Shown: positions 38,377 through 49,025 of the stretch, in pieces | How positions within the stretch are numbered: the stretch's first letter is position 1 | Layout: the number at the start of each line of letters is the position of its first letter | NCBI GenBank assembly: GCA_044450345.1 | Contig: JBIOIY010000005.1 | Location: 1 to 64,000, forward strand | Origin: Thermodesulfovibrionales bacterium | GTDB lineage: Bacteria > Nitrospirota > Thermodesulfovibrionia > Thermodesulfovibrionales > UBA6898 | DNA length: 64,000 nucleotides | Direction: 5' to 3' | Notes under the pieces: model-generated | What the model saw: only the letters and a program-made list of their open reading frames with translations | Told to the model about the DNA's origin: nothing | The model's database searches: none | Position numbers and translations under genes: made by a program

Positions 38377-39333
38377 TTATTTCGCACATCGGAAACCAAT
38401 ATCCCGGCTTCTTATCGCGGGATCGAGCCAATAACGGTATGAACTCCTCAGCATTTTTTCTTCGCTTTCTTCCCATGACCCCCCGCGAAGCACCTTGAAA
38501 ATTCCGATCGGCGGCCCCTTAGGGTCATATTTCGGCGGCATATCAGGCCCCTTTTTGTCTTTTGTCTCCGGCTTCTTGTCGGTCCCAATTAGTCTGGAAG
38601 CGTTCTCCAAATAATCAGCGCTGTCAGGATCACAGTAATTACAGTAATTCTGCCGGTACCAGTCATTAACCCACTCCCGGCAATTTCCGGCCATATTGAG
38701 AACGCCGTAATACGAAGCCCCTTCGGGAAGAGCATCTACCGGGACCATCGCTCTCAACCCCTGCCCTTCCCATTTTTGGTGATATCTGGCCTTAACGTCA
38801 TCCGCCGGGTCGTCACCCCAGGGGTAAAGCCTTCCCTCATTTCCCCTCGCCGCCTTCTCCCACTCTGCCTCGAACGGCAGACGTTTCCCCTTCCATCGAC
38901 AGTATTCATCTGCTCCGTACCATGAGACGTTGTTGGCGGGATAGTTCTCAAAACCCTTACGGGGGGCATACTGCGGATTTCCGCTTTTGCCGTTTCTTTC
39001 CTTTTCTTCGACTATGGTCGAGTAATCGTCGGAAGAAAAATATTTATTATCAGGGTTGCCTTTCTCGTTGAGAAACAGGGCAAAATCCCTTGCGGATACC
39101 TCATACTTGTCCATCATGAAGGCATCCAGGAAGACATCATGCTCCGGTCTTTCATTCAGTTCCGAATTATTGGCCCCCATCTTGAACCAACTCTCGCTAA
39201 TGATGACCATGTCAGTGGCTTCCTCGGAGGAAAAATCGACTCCTTTGTTCTTATTCACTGATGAACAGGAGATAAAGAGGAACACCGAAGCGAGAGAAAT
39301 AAAAAAAATGCCGGCTAATCTTCGTCTTCTCAT
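38377..39333 (-). CDS. FGE-sulfatase (SUMF1) domain lipoprotein
   Basis: Lipobox-like FISC, FKMG, ERPEH.V.LD.F.MDKYEV, RLPFEAEWEKAARG, NMAGN..EW, RGGSW, GFRC. Confidence 0.88.
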   Translation of the reverse strand: MRRRRLAGIFFISLASVFLFISCSSVNKNKGVDFSSEEATDMVIISESWFKMGANNSELNERPEHDVFLDAFMMDKYEVSARDFALFLNEKGNPDNKYFSSDDYSTIVEEKERNGKSGNPQYAPRKGFENYPANNVSWYGADEYCRWKGKRLPFEAEWEKAARGNEGRLYPWGDDPADDVKARYHQKWEGQGLRAMVPVDALPEGASYYGVLNMAGNCREWVNDWYRQNYCNYCDPDSADYLENASRLIGTDKKPETKDKKGPDMPPKYDPKGPPIGIFKVLRGGSWEESEEKMLRSSYRYWLDPAIRSRDIGFRCAK

Positions 39334-39855
39334 CGTCTGTATTATACATTTTTTCGAGGGCGCGTCAACACAAGCCCGAAAGGGATTTTTCCTGGAAAAA
39401 GCAATCCGGAAAAGGCTCCGGTCTTCCAGGCTGCGCTCACCTTGCTATAATCCTTTGCCAAAATTACCCCCTACCCAGGTAGGATTGAATATCCGTCTCA
39501 TAAATCGCAAACTATACATAAATAGCGGAGTGAATTGATTATTTTGTCGCCAGGCTTCTCAACATGGCAGTAAAATGTTATTATTATTAATCAAAAATTA
39601 TAAAAAAGAGTTGTCTGCCAACTCGGAGAGAAATATGCACAAAACAACTTCTTCAGGTATGGCCAACGTAGTGTCTCATAAAGACCCTTTTTCTAATTAT
39701 CATGCCGGCTTCTCCGGCCTGAGACTCATAGAGAATCTTGAAGAAGGATTGCATACAAGCCGAAACTACATCCGGCGTAATCATACTTGCTTTCCTTACG
39801 GTACGTATTTAGTTTCGAGTAATAACGTATGTCCCTATGTAGCGGAGGTATAGCA

Positions 39856-42800
39856 ATGTCTAAAAAGAAATTCACAAAATCGACACTCATCCTTTTTAAG
39901 CTGTTATTAGCTCTTACATTCTTATTATTTTGCGCGACATACGGCTATGCCGCCGGTCCTGCGGGCTACTCGGAATACTATATTCCGGGTGACGAAGACG
40001 ATATGGGCCTCGTCCTCTGCTCCTATGGGGCGACTGCTTGCCCCGCAGGCTACCACATGCACACCGTGATCAGCGTGACCGCCTGGTCGGACAACACGAC
40101 AATCTATTACGACCAATGGGAAAACGGCTATAACTTTGATCCGAACAACCCCGGTGCTACTGCCGATGAGACATACACGCTCAACGCTGGTCAGGTCATG
40201 GTTTTCGAGAGCGCAAACATAGCCTTACCCCGCACTGCTACCCCCCCGGCAACAACTTGCACCAACTACCGCAACGGGACACTTATCGGCACCTCTACGA
40301 CTTGCTACGACGGAAAAGACAGGATCTACGTGGCGGGAGGAACTGTAACAGTCACGCGCGTAAGCTACATTGAGGAGAGGGGTGTGGGTCTCCAGGGGGC
40401 GGCGTGGGAGATCTACCCTCTCCAGCCACAGTTGACGACCTATGCCGTCCCTTTTGGGGAAACCAACGGTTGGTACGGCTTCCAGCGAGTGAGCACACTC
40501 ATCCAGGCCACGCAAAATAATACTGTTGTTACCGTGGACCTCAACCACGACGGCACCCCGGACCCATTATATACCCAGGCTGGCGTCCTCATTGGTCCCA
40601 GCGTCACGCTGCAACAAGGACAGACCTTTCTGTTGAACGACGTGAGCGCTAACGTTGCCGCGGGGACCATGGCCGGCGGAGCGATAATCACGGGGTCCAG
40701 TACGCTTCAGGTCAAATACCTCGCCGGGCGTACGGACGTTAACAATTGCACGCGCGGGTTCAGCGCCTTTCCGCGCGGATTCTGGACAAAGGACTATTAT
40801 GCGCCGCTAAGCCAGCCCGGCGTAGATCTCACCGGGCAGGCGAGCGACACCGACTACTACCTGTATAACCCAAACTCTGCTGCCATCACGGTTAACTGGC
40901 AAGGCACCGCCACTTCGGGGTCATTCCCTATCCCTGCCACCTCCACCGTCTCTTTCCGGACGGCTTCGGGCGGCGCGGTACCGACCGGCTCGGGGCTTTA
41001 TTTCAATGGAAGCGATATCTTCTGGGGGGTCGGTTCAAACGATACCGATAACATCGGCGGCGCGAGCGGATACGCCCACGAGTGGGGATTCAGCCTGCTG
41101 CCGTCTACTATGCTCTTCACAGAGCACTATCTCGGCTGGGCCCCTGACGGCCTTCCCCTTGCTGCCGGGCAAACCGAGATGGGCGTCTTTCTCACACCCG
41201 CCCAGGACAACACGCGCGTCTTCGTGGACTTCAACAACGACGGCATTATCGATCAGACGTATACGCTGAACCGGTTGCAGACCCAGTACATCACAAATCC
41301 CAACGGCGACTTGTCGGGGGCGCACTTCTGGGCGAGCGGCCCCTTCACCATGGCCTACGGCCAGAACTCCGCCACATCGAACCTCAGTTCCCCCGCGCTG
41401 GACCTCGGCTACATCGCCATCCCCGGAAGCGACTTTGTCTCCCTTGTACTCACGGTTGCCAAGTCCGTCAGCCCACAAGTCGTGCCCACTGCGTCAGGTT
41501 CAGTTGCGACATTCACGATCAAGGTTGACTCCCAAAAATACACGGTTGATGGGGTGAACGTCACCGACTATTTGCCGCCGAACTGGAACTACGTTGTCGG
41601 CACAGACACCACAACCATAACTAGACCTGACCTGACCACGGTCACCGGCTCTTCAGCAGACCCTACGAAAACCGGCGCCGGACCTTACACCCTCACCTGG
41701 AGCAGCGCCCAGCTCGGCACGAACGGAACTCCCGGTATGGCCACAAACCAGGAGGTCACTATCACCTTCACCTCACGGACAACGGCTGTACTTGCCGTCG
41801 GAACTTTGAGCCAAAACAAGGTAAAGGCCGTCGGTACAAGGACGTTCGGCACGCCGAGTCAGACACAAACCTTCACGGCATCAGACTTCGTCTACGTTAC
41901 CTCCGGTGCAGTCACCATCACTAAAACATCGAGTGTTCCTGCTGCTACCCCTGTTTCTCCCGGCGACAGCTTCACGTACTCCGTGGTGGTTGCCAACCCG
42001 TCTGCTAGCGGAGTCACTTTGACTAACCTCTCGCTGTACGATGCTCTGCCCACCGGCGTGACCAATGTCGCTGGGACGACCACCATCAGCCGCGCATCAA
42101 CTGTCGCAGATACTTTCACGACCCAGGCATACAGCAACAACGACGGCACCCAACCCTGGGCAGGCAACTGGACCGAGACGGACATTAGCGGAACAAACCC
42201 CGGCCCCGCCGGGCCGACTACGGGGTTTGTGCAGGTCGCAGGCAATGCGCTGAGATTCGGATATCAGGCTTCAAACGTGGCCGACAACTTCAACACGGGC
42301 AGCGTCTTCACTCAGAATGACGGCAACACCAACTGGTCCGGAAACTGGACGGAAACCGGCGATAACAATAACCCCGCCACAGGAACCATCCAGTTCAATG
42401 TGGCTGCGGCCGGGAAGGTCGATTTTACGAGATGTGGTGCGGCCGGCTGCAACATCCAGAGGTCAGCTCCGTTCTCGGGAGGCAATGTCACCATAAGCTT
42501 TGTGCTTACCCAGAATGGTCTTGCAGTCAACGAGTTTCTGGAGGGTGACTACAGCCTCAATGGCGGCACAACCTGGGTCGGTATGCAGAGGATTACAACG
42601 GGCAACGCACTTTCAACACCGCCGGGCGGCTGCGGCAATCCATGCACGATCTCCACTGCTGGCGCCACTTCGCTTACAGTTCGTTTCCAGGAGACTACTC
42701 GGTGGGCCACCAACACCCACCATGCGCAGGTCGATAATGTCAACATCGCCTTTAATGATTCCATCGGATCTGCCGCTCAGCGGACCGCGAACCTTACCGG

Positions 42801-45800
42801 CGCTACCAGCGCAACGCTCAACTTCACTTACGCTTCCGCGAACCTCGCGGGGACCGATACTGTGGTAGTCCAAGCGAGCAATGCCGCAGCCGGGCCCTTC
42901 ACCACACTGGCGACGTTTACTGCGGGAACTCCTAATGTTGCGCCCCCATACAATCTGACTACTTATATCTCGGCCAACACCACTATTCGATTCCTTGTTA
43001 CGGGCGGAATCAACGCTCCGACCAAGACCTTCTCCGTCGATAACGTCACATTGGCCTATAACACATCCCTGGCAGGCGCTAATCCGCCTGAACTGGTCTC
43101 TTCCAGTTCCGCCTACAATCTTACTCCCGGCGAAACACTTACAGCATCTTTCGACGTTACAGTGGACAATCCCCTGGCAGCAGGGATCGACACCATAACC
43201 AACACCGCCTCGACAACATCAACCCAGTTCCCGATACAACTCAGCGCGAGCGTCACTAATCTTGTCGTCAACCCTTCTTCCGGGAGCGCCAGTGTGGGAA
43301 ATAGGGTCTGGCTGGACTCAGACGGCGACGGCGTACCGGAAGTGGGAGAGCCCGGTCTGGCCAATGTGGAGGTGATGCTGAAGGACCAGTTCGGCACGCC
43401 GGTTATGGTGACTACCACTGACGCCACAGGGCATTACCAGTTCACTGGCGTGAAAGCCGGAAGCGGGTATTATGTCGAGGCAACCTCAAGTACCATTCCG
43501 TCCGGGTTGACCCAATCCGCCGCAACCGGTAGTAACAACCGCACGAGTGCCTTCAATCTGACCGCGGGTCAGTCTTATACGAGTGCGAACTTGGGGTATA
43601 AACCTGTTACTGGGACTGCCACCATCGGCAATTTTGTATGGTCCGATGCAAACGCCGACAACATACGTAATCCCGGTGAGCCCGGCATAGCCGGAGTTAC
43701 CGTCAGACTTTACATAGACACTAACCGCAACGGCACCTACGAGGCCGGGACCGATACCCTTTGTACTATCGCCACTTGCGGTACAAACGGCACTACCACA
43801 ACCGCTCCGGACGGAAGCTATTTGTTTACCGGCGTGACCGCCAGCGGAACTCAGGATTACATCGTTTATATCGACGAGACAGCCCTATTGGCAGCGGGAT
43901 ATGTGCGGACGTCTCCTCCCAGCGGCGGCCCCCTGTTCTCTATCATGAATGTCAGCGCCGGGGCCTCCATCCTCTATGCGAACTTCGGCTATCAGGGGAC
44001 GACATACTCGATCGCAGAACGCGTCTGGTTTGATGTCAATGGTAGCGGCACTCCGGACGCAGGCGAATCAGGGATTGGCCTGGTGACGGTTGAACTGCTT
44101 GATGCCAGCCTCAACGCGATCGCAACTACAACGACTGACGCCAATGGGTATTTTACTTTCTCCGGAGTGAAGGGGGGCGGGGCCAACTACACAGTCAAGA
44201 TCACCGACACGAACGCTGTACTGGCCAATTATTTCGGCACAACTGTCGCAGCTACGGCCGGCAGTGAAAAAATCAATAACCTCAGCGGCAATATCGACTA
44301 TACCTCGACGCCTCATTTTGGGTTTAATCTAAGCAGGAGCATCAGCGGCACCGTGTTCAACGACAATGGGGCCGGCGGCGGTACCCTTGGCGACGGCATC
44401 AAAAACGGCAGCGAGCCTGGAATCTCCGGGGTGGTCGTAAAATTATACAACGACGCAAACGGTAATGGGCAGATCAATGCACCTAGCGATGCCGTGATCG
44501 CCACCGTAACGACCGATGCCAACGGCAACTATATTTTCTCCGGTCTGAGCAACGGCAATTACATCGTCAGTATCGAATCACCTCCTGCCGGGTACACGTA
44601 CGCCGGGACCGATAGCGATGCAGGCACCACGGGGCAGCAGAGAGCAGCAAGTATTGTCAGTAACGGCAACGCGCCGAACATAAACTTCGGGTATCATGCT
44701 TCTACGCCCCGCAGTGTATCAGGCACGCTGTGGGAAGACACCAATAAGAACGGTGTTATGGATAGCGGTGAGGCCGACATATCTGGAGTGACGATCGATT
44801 TGCTCAATGCAAGTCTCGCCGTTGTTGCCACCGCAACCACGGACGCCCACGGCTTTTACAGCTTCACCGGCATAGCAAGCGGCACTCCTTATTATGTCAA
44901 GATTACCGACAACAACGGTGTTTTGAGCGGATACACTCCAACCTACCAAATTACCGGGGGCACCGCAGGTCCTTTCACAGGGCAGGAAACCGTTAATCTG
45001 AGCAGCGGGGACAAAAACGGCGTCAATTTCGGCTACTATAATCCCATCCCCACTCTGGCTGTCATCTCTTATTTCGGTGCCTATGAAAAAGACGGCAAGG
45101 TTATAGTACAGTGGGAGACGGCCTCTGAGATAAATACACTGGGATTTAATCTTCTCAGGCTCGATCCTCTCACGGGAGAATACAAGCAAGTCAATTCGGG
45201 TCTCCTCCCCTCTATGCTCAAGCCCCACCGGGGGGGGAAATATACCTTCAAAGACACCGGGTCCCTGCCAGGAAAAACCTATACATACAAGCTAATCGAG
45301 ATTGAAGTGGATGGGAATGAGCGGTCCTATGGCCCATTCGCAGTCTTCCCCGCAAGGATAACGGATGACAAAGGTCTTGACCTCTCCACCAATGCAGATT
45401 ACGGACGGACTGAGCGTGACAAGCCTGAAATGCATAAGGTCCGCACAGACGGTAGAAAGTCCGGGCAGCCGGGCAATGTCAAGACTGGAAGCGGAGAACG
45501 AATAAAAATATCTGTTATGGACAGCGGGATTTATTACGTGGATGCGAAGGACATCTCCTCTTTACTCGGGATATCTGCGGACAAGATCCCTTCCATGATA
45601 GGTCACGGCCAGTTGTCTCTGAGTAATCAGGGCAAGCAGGTCGCCTATCTGCCTGCAGCAAATAACGCCGGCCTTTACTTTTACGGGACAGGGATAGACA
45701 GCATCTACACAAAAGAGAACGTCTACTGGCTCGACAAGGGCGCAGGGACACTCATGCCCGTGGTTGAGGGCACAGGCCCAGCGCCGTCGCCGGAGGGAGG

Positions 45801-47574
45801 CAGCTTCACCGAGACAGTGCATCTTGAGGAAGATGTGATTCCGTGGGAAACACTTTTCAACGACCCCAATGTCGATTACTGGTTCTGGAACCAGATATTT
45901 GCGAGCAATTTTTACACCGATCCCGCGAGGAGTTTCACGTTCCAGCCGCTTGGGCCGGCTCCCCAGACCACGGCCGTGATGCAGGTTCATCTTTTCGGCG
46001 GATCAGATGCGGGAGTAACGAATGACCACCATGTTGTGGTGAGTCTCAACGGTCTGTCGGTAGAGGACTGGTGGAGCGGTTTGACCCCCCATACCATTAC
46101 CGGAAGGTTTCCTTTGCAGCCGGGCGAAAACATCATTACGGTAGCGGCTGAGGCCGACGAAGGGGTTTCGTCGAGTTTTATTTTAATTGATTCATTCGAT
46201 ATTACTTATAAGCGGCTTTACGATGCTGACGGCGACAAACTCTTCTTCAGAGGAGACGGAGCCCCGTCGGTGACCATCGGAGGATTTGCGTCAGCCGGCA
46301 TCAAGGTCTTTGACCTCACGAATCCCATCATACCGAAATTAAATGCGGCCACCACGATCGAATCTTCCTCAGCATCAGGGACGGCCAGCTATACCGTCAG
46401 CCTGAAACCCGCTTCTGCAAATACCCCTTATATTGCCGTAGCTTCCGCAGGGATAAAAGCGGCGTCTGCCAAGGCGGCGTCTTTTTCCAAACTTTCTGCG
46501 AAGCAAAATTCGGCCGACTACATCGTCATCGCCCCTTCTGAATTGGTTTCCACCGCCCAGGGCCTTGCCGACTACCGGGCAGGACAGGGTATGAAGACGA
46601 TGGTGGTGAATCTGGAAGATATCATGAACGAATTCAACTATGGGATATCAAGCCCGGAGGCTATTAAGTCATTCCTGTCTGTTGCCCATTCGAAATGGAA
46701 AAAGTCACCAAGATATGTAGTCCTGGTCGGAGACGGAAGCTTGGACTATAAAGATAATCTGGGATTCGGCGGGAACCTCATTCCATCGAAGTTGGTGCCT
46801 ACCGACTTTGGTCTTGCCATGTCGGACAATTACCTTGCAGATATCAACGGAGACCATCTGCCGGAGATTGCCATTGGAAGACTGCCGGTAGCAAACCCTG
46901 CCGAGTTGCAAACCGTCATCGGCAAGATAAAGACCTATGAGCGCAACCTCGGAAACACCCGCGTGGTCCTCGTGGCTGATACTCCCGGTGATGGAGGAGA
47001 CTTTATCGCCGATAGCGAAACGCTTGCGGGCCTTTTCCCATACGGCTATGCTCTCACCAGGATCTACCTGGACGACCCGGCTATAGTCGACGCAAAAAGG
47101 GCGGCCCTCATAAGCGCCATAAACCAGGGGGCGGCTTTCTTTAATTATGTGGGGCATGCCGGGCCCGATCAACTTTCTAATTCAGGGTTGTTGTCTTATT
47201 ATCCCTATCCTGAGTACAATCCGCCTACAAACGATTTGCCTTCGCTGACAAACGCAGCCATACTGCCGGTGATGACCGCCATGACATGCGGACTGGGTAA
47301 TTTCTCCGACCCCTACGAAGACGTGCTGACGGAGGCGCTGCTGCTGAAGTCGGACGGTGGAGTTGCCGCCGCGTGGTCGCCGACAGGACTTTCTGATGAT
47401 TCGCAGGCGGGGATTCTCAACCGTGAGTTTTATAAGGCAGTCTTTTCCGCCAAAAAAGCTGTACTCGGTGACGCGGTCCTTCAGGCGCTTTCGGTTTACA
47501 AGAAGCAGGGATCGATGCCGTTTATGATGGATACCTATTGCATACTGGGTGATCCTGCCCTTAGAATAAGGTAA
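39856..47574 (+). CDS. Giant secreted protein (~2570 aa): Ig-like/DUF11 domains, five SdrD-B-like repeats, C-terminal C25 (gingipain-like) cysteine peptidase
   Basis: GGAGG then ATG 39856; signal peptide; DUF11-like VAKSVSP/ITKTSS..FTYSVVV; five G..VW.D....G.....EPG repeats; C25 motifs ADYIVI, YVVLVGDG, SDNYLAD, IAIGRLP, YVGHAG, MTCG, LGDP. Confidence 0.88.
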   Translation: MSKKKFTKSTLILFKLLLALTFLLFCATYGYAAGPAGYSEYYIPGDEDDMGLVLCSYGATACPAGYHMHTVISVTAWSDNTTIYYDQWENGYNFDPNNPGATADETYTLNAGQVMVFESANIALPRTATPPATTCTNYRNGTLIGTSTTCYDGKDRIYVAGGTVTVTRVSYIEERGVGLQGAAWEIYPLQPQLTTYAVPFGETNGWYGFQRVSTLIQATQNNTVVTVDLNHDGTPDPLYTQAGVLIGPSVTLQQGQTFLLNDVSANVAAGTMAGGAIITGSSTLQVKYLAGRTDVNNCTRGFSAFPRGFWTKDYYAPLSQPGVDLTGQASDTDYYLYNPNSAAITVNWQGTATSGSFPIPATSTVSFRTASGGAVPTGSGLYFNGSDIFWGVGSNDTDNIGGASGYAHEWGFSLLPSTMLFTEHYLGWAPDGLPLAAGQTEMGVFLTPAQDNTRVFVDFNNDGIIDQTYTLNRLQTQYITNPNGDLSGAHFWASGPFTMAYGQNSATSNLSSPALDLGYIAIPGSDFVSLVLTVAKSVSPQVVPTASGSVATFTIKVDSQKYTVDGVNVTDYLPPNWNYVVGTDTTTITRPDLTTVTGSSADPTKTGAGPYTLTWSSAQLGTNGTPGMATNQEVTITFTSRTTAVLAVGTLSQNKVKAVGTRTFGTPSQTQTFTASDFVYVTSGAVTITKTSSVPAATPVSPGDSFTYSVVVANPSASGVTLTNLSLYDALPTGVTNVAGTTTISRASTVADTFTTQAYSNNDGTQPWAGNWTETDISGTNPGPAGPTTGFVQVAGNALRFGYQASNVADNFNTGSVFTQNDGNTNWSGNWTETGDNNNPATGTIQFNVAAAGKVDFTRCGAAGCNIQRSAPFSGGNVTISFVLTQNGLAVNEFLEGDYSLNGGTTWVGMQRITTGNALSTPPGGCGNPCTISTAGATSLTVRFQETTRWATNTHHAQVDNVNIAFNDSIGSAAQRTANLTGATSATLNFTYASANLAGTDTVVVQASNAAAGPFTTLATFTAGTPNVAPPYNLTTYISANTTIRFLVTGGINAPTKTFSVDNVTLAYNTSLAGANPPELVSSSSAYNLTPGETLTASFDVTVDNPLAAGIDTITNTASTTSTQFPIQLSASVTNLVVNPSSGSASVGNRVWLDSDGDGVPEVGEPGLANVEVMLKDQFGTPVMVTTTDATGHYQFTGVKAGSGYYVEATSSTIPSGLTQSAATGSNNRTSAFNLTAGQSYTSANLGYKPVTGTATIGNFVWSDANADNIRNPGEPGIAGVTVRLYIDTNRNGTYEAGTDTLCTIATCGTNGTTTTAPDGSYLFTGVTASGTQDYIVYIDETALLAAGYVRTSPPSGGPLFSIMNVSAGASILYANFGYQGTTYSIAERVWFDVNGSGTPDAGESGIGLVTVELLDASLNAIATTTTDANGYFTFSGVKGGGANYTVKITDTNAVLANYFGTTVAATAGSEKINNLSGNIDYTSTPHFGFNLSRSISGTVFNDNGAGGGTLGDGIKNGSEPGISGVVVKLYNDANGNGQINAPSDAVIATVTTDANGNYIFSGLSNGNYIVSIESPPAGYTYAGTDSDAGTTGQQRAASIVSNGNAPNINFGYHASTPRSVSGTLWEDTNKNGVMDSGEADISGVTIDLLNASLAVVATATTDAHGFYSFTGIASGTPYYVKITDNNGVLSGYTPTYQITGGTAGPFTGQETVNLSSGDKNGVNFGYYNPIPTLAVISYFGAYEKDGKVIVQWETASEINTLGFNLLRLDPLTGEYKQVNSGLLPSMLKPHRGGKYTFKDTGSLPGKTYTYKLIEIEVDGNERSYGPFAVFPARITDDKGLDLSTNADYGRTERDKPEMHKVRTDGRKSGQPGNVKTGSGERIKISVMDSGIYYVDAKDISSLLGISADKIPSMIGHGQLSLSNQGKQVAYLPAANNAGLYFYGTGIDSIYTKENVYWLDKGAGTLMPVVEGTGPAPSPEGGSFTETVHLEEDVIPWETLFNDPNVDYWFWNQIFASNFYTDPARSFTFQPLGPAPQTTAVMQVHLFGGSDAGVTNDHHVVVSLNGLSVEDWWSGLTPHTITGRFPLQPGENIITVAAEADEGVSSSFILIDSFDITYKRLYDADGDKLFFRGDGAPSVTIGGFASAGIKVFDLTNPIIPKLNAATTIESSSASGTASYTVSLKPASANTPYIAVASAGIKAASAKAASFSKLSAKQNSADYIVIAPSELVSTAQGLADYRAGQGMKTMVVNLEDIMNEFNYGISSPEAIKSFLSVAHSKWKKSPRYVVLVGDGSLDYKDNLGFGGNLIPSKLVPTDFGLAMSDNYLADINGDHLPEIAIGRLPVANPAELQTVIGKIKTYERNLGNTRVVLVADTPGDGGDFIADSETLAGLFPYGYALTRIYLDDPAIVDAKRAALISAINQGAAFFNYVGHAGPDQLSNSGLLSYYPYPEYNPPTNDLPSLTNAAILPVMTAMTCGLGNFSDPYEDVLTEALLLKSDGGVAAAWSPTGLSDDSQAGILNREFYKAVFSAKKAVLGDAVLQALSVYKKQGSMPFMMDTYCILGDPALRIR

Positions 47575-47583
47575 AATACAAAT

Positions 47584-47901
47584 ATGTCTAGTGGTACAGC
47601 AGAGGACAATATCTGGATAAAGGTATTCGAGAGGCCGAAGAACATCGTCTCCCGCAGTATCGCAGGAGAGCTTTTTCTCGTCCCGGTTGCGGGAAAACTT
47701 GCCGATATGCAGAGGATGTTCGCTCTTACTGCGGTCGCTGAGTTCATTTGGGAGAGGCTGGACGGCCGAAGGAGCCTGGATGATATCCGCAACGATGTTC
47801 TGGAATATTTTGACGCCGAGGAAGAACAGGTCGAAGCTGATATCAAGGCTTTTGTGACCGAACTTATGGCAGAGGGCCTTCTCATTGAGGTAACTGGCTG
47901 A
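47584..47901 (+). CDS. PqqD-family RiPP recognition element
   Basis: R.IAGE.FLVP, L..VA.FIWE.LDG, I...V.EYFD......DI..FV.EL...GL. Confidence 0.9.
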   Translation: MSSGTAEDNIWIKVFERPKNIVSRSIAGELFLVPVAGKLADMQRMFALTAVAEFIWERLDGRRSLDDIRNDVLEYFDAEEEQVEADIKAFVTELMAEGLLIEVTG

Positions 47902-47903
47902 CC

Positions 47904-49025
47904 ATGCAATGTCACGATACAAAATGGCCGGACACAGGAGAATATCTGGAGGAGTTTATTGCGAAGGCCGAACAGCTTCATATCCCCCTTGCCGGAAGCC
48001 TGGAACTGACCCACCGATGCAATCTCAACTGCGTCCACTGTTATCTTGGACAGCAGGCCAAAAGGCAGGTACTTCGGGACCGCGAGATGAGCGCAGCCAG
48101 GATACACACTTTAATCGACGAGATTACGGAGGCCGGTTGTCTGAATCTGCTGATCACAGGGGGGGAGCCCCTTCTGAGGGAAGATTTTCCTGAGATTTAT
48201 CGCCATGCAAAGGGAAACGGGCTGTTGGTCACAGTCTTTACCAATGGGACGATTATCGGGGAGAAGACTATCGAGCTGTTCTGTGATCTCCCTCCTGTTG
48301 AAGTCGAGATAAGTGTATATGGCGCTACGGAGCATGTTTATGAGAGCATTACGAGCGTCCACGGATCATATAAGAAATGCCTGCTGGGCATCAGAGGTCT
48401 TTTGGAAAACGGCGTCAGGGTGAACCTTAAGACAATCCTCATGACCATAAACCGTCATGAGTTTACAGACATGGAAAATATGGCGAAGGAACTCGGCGTC
48501 AGGTTCCGTTTTGATGCTGCAATATCGCCGCGCATGGACGGTGACAATTCGCCGCTCGGCCTTCGCGTCCCGCCGGAGGAGGCCATAGAGAAAGAAATGT
48601 CCGGTGCCGGGAAGGTGGAAAGCTGGAAAACTTTTTTTGAGAAATTCAAAGACCGCACACTTGGTTCCGGCCTCTACGGCTGCGGTGCAGGCCTCACCGC
48701 CTTTCATATAGACCCTTTCGGCCACATTCTTCCCTGTATGATGGCCCTTGATATGAGATACGACATCTCGGAGGCAGGATTTAAGGAAGGATGGGACAAT
48801 ATTATGCACCGCATAAGGGATAAAAAGACTGCAGCCGACTTCGCCTGCAGGGGATGTGTTAAGATAAATCTCTGCGGTTACTGTCCGGGGTTTTTCAGAC
48901 TGGAAAATGGTCTTGAAGACGTCCCTTCTGAATACATCTGCCGGATGGGCGGCCTTCGTTATGAATATATTCACGATCATGCAATGAAAGGAGATCATGG
49001 TGGACAACCAGAAAAAGTCAGTTGA
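47904..49025 (+). CDS. Radical SAM/SPASM peptide maturase
   Basis: CNLNCVHC, TGGEPLLR, TNG; SPASM-type CGAG..IDPFG.ILPC..CRGC....LCGYCPG..C. Confidence 0.92.
   Translation: MQCHDTKWPDTGEYLEEFIAKAEQLHIPLAGSLELTHRCNLNCVHCYLGQQAKRQVLRDREMSAARIHTLIDEITEAGCLNLLITGGEPLLREDFPEIYRHAKGNGLLVTVFTNGTIIGEKTIELFCDLPPVEVEISVYGATEHVYESITSVHGSYKKCLLGIRGLLENGVRVNLKTILMTINRHEFTDMENMAKELGVRFRFDAAISPRMDGDNSPLGLRVPPEEAIEKEMSGAGKVESWKTFFEKFKDRTLGSGLYGCGAGLTAFHIDPFGHILPCMMALDMRYDISEAGFKEGWDNIMHRIRDKKTAADFACRGCVKINLCGYCPGFFRLENGLEDVPSEYICRMGGLRYEYIHDHAMKGDHGGQPEKVS

Noticed and set aside
39340..39855. Riboswitch or small ORF upstream of the giant gene
   Set aside because: AT-rich promoter-like DNA; I could not match a riboswitch or a convincing sigma54/sigma28 consensus, and the 92-aa ORF has no features.
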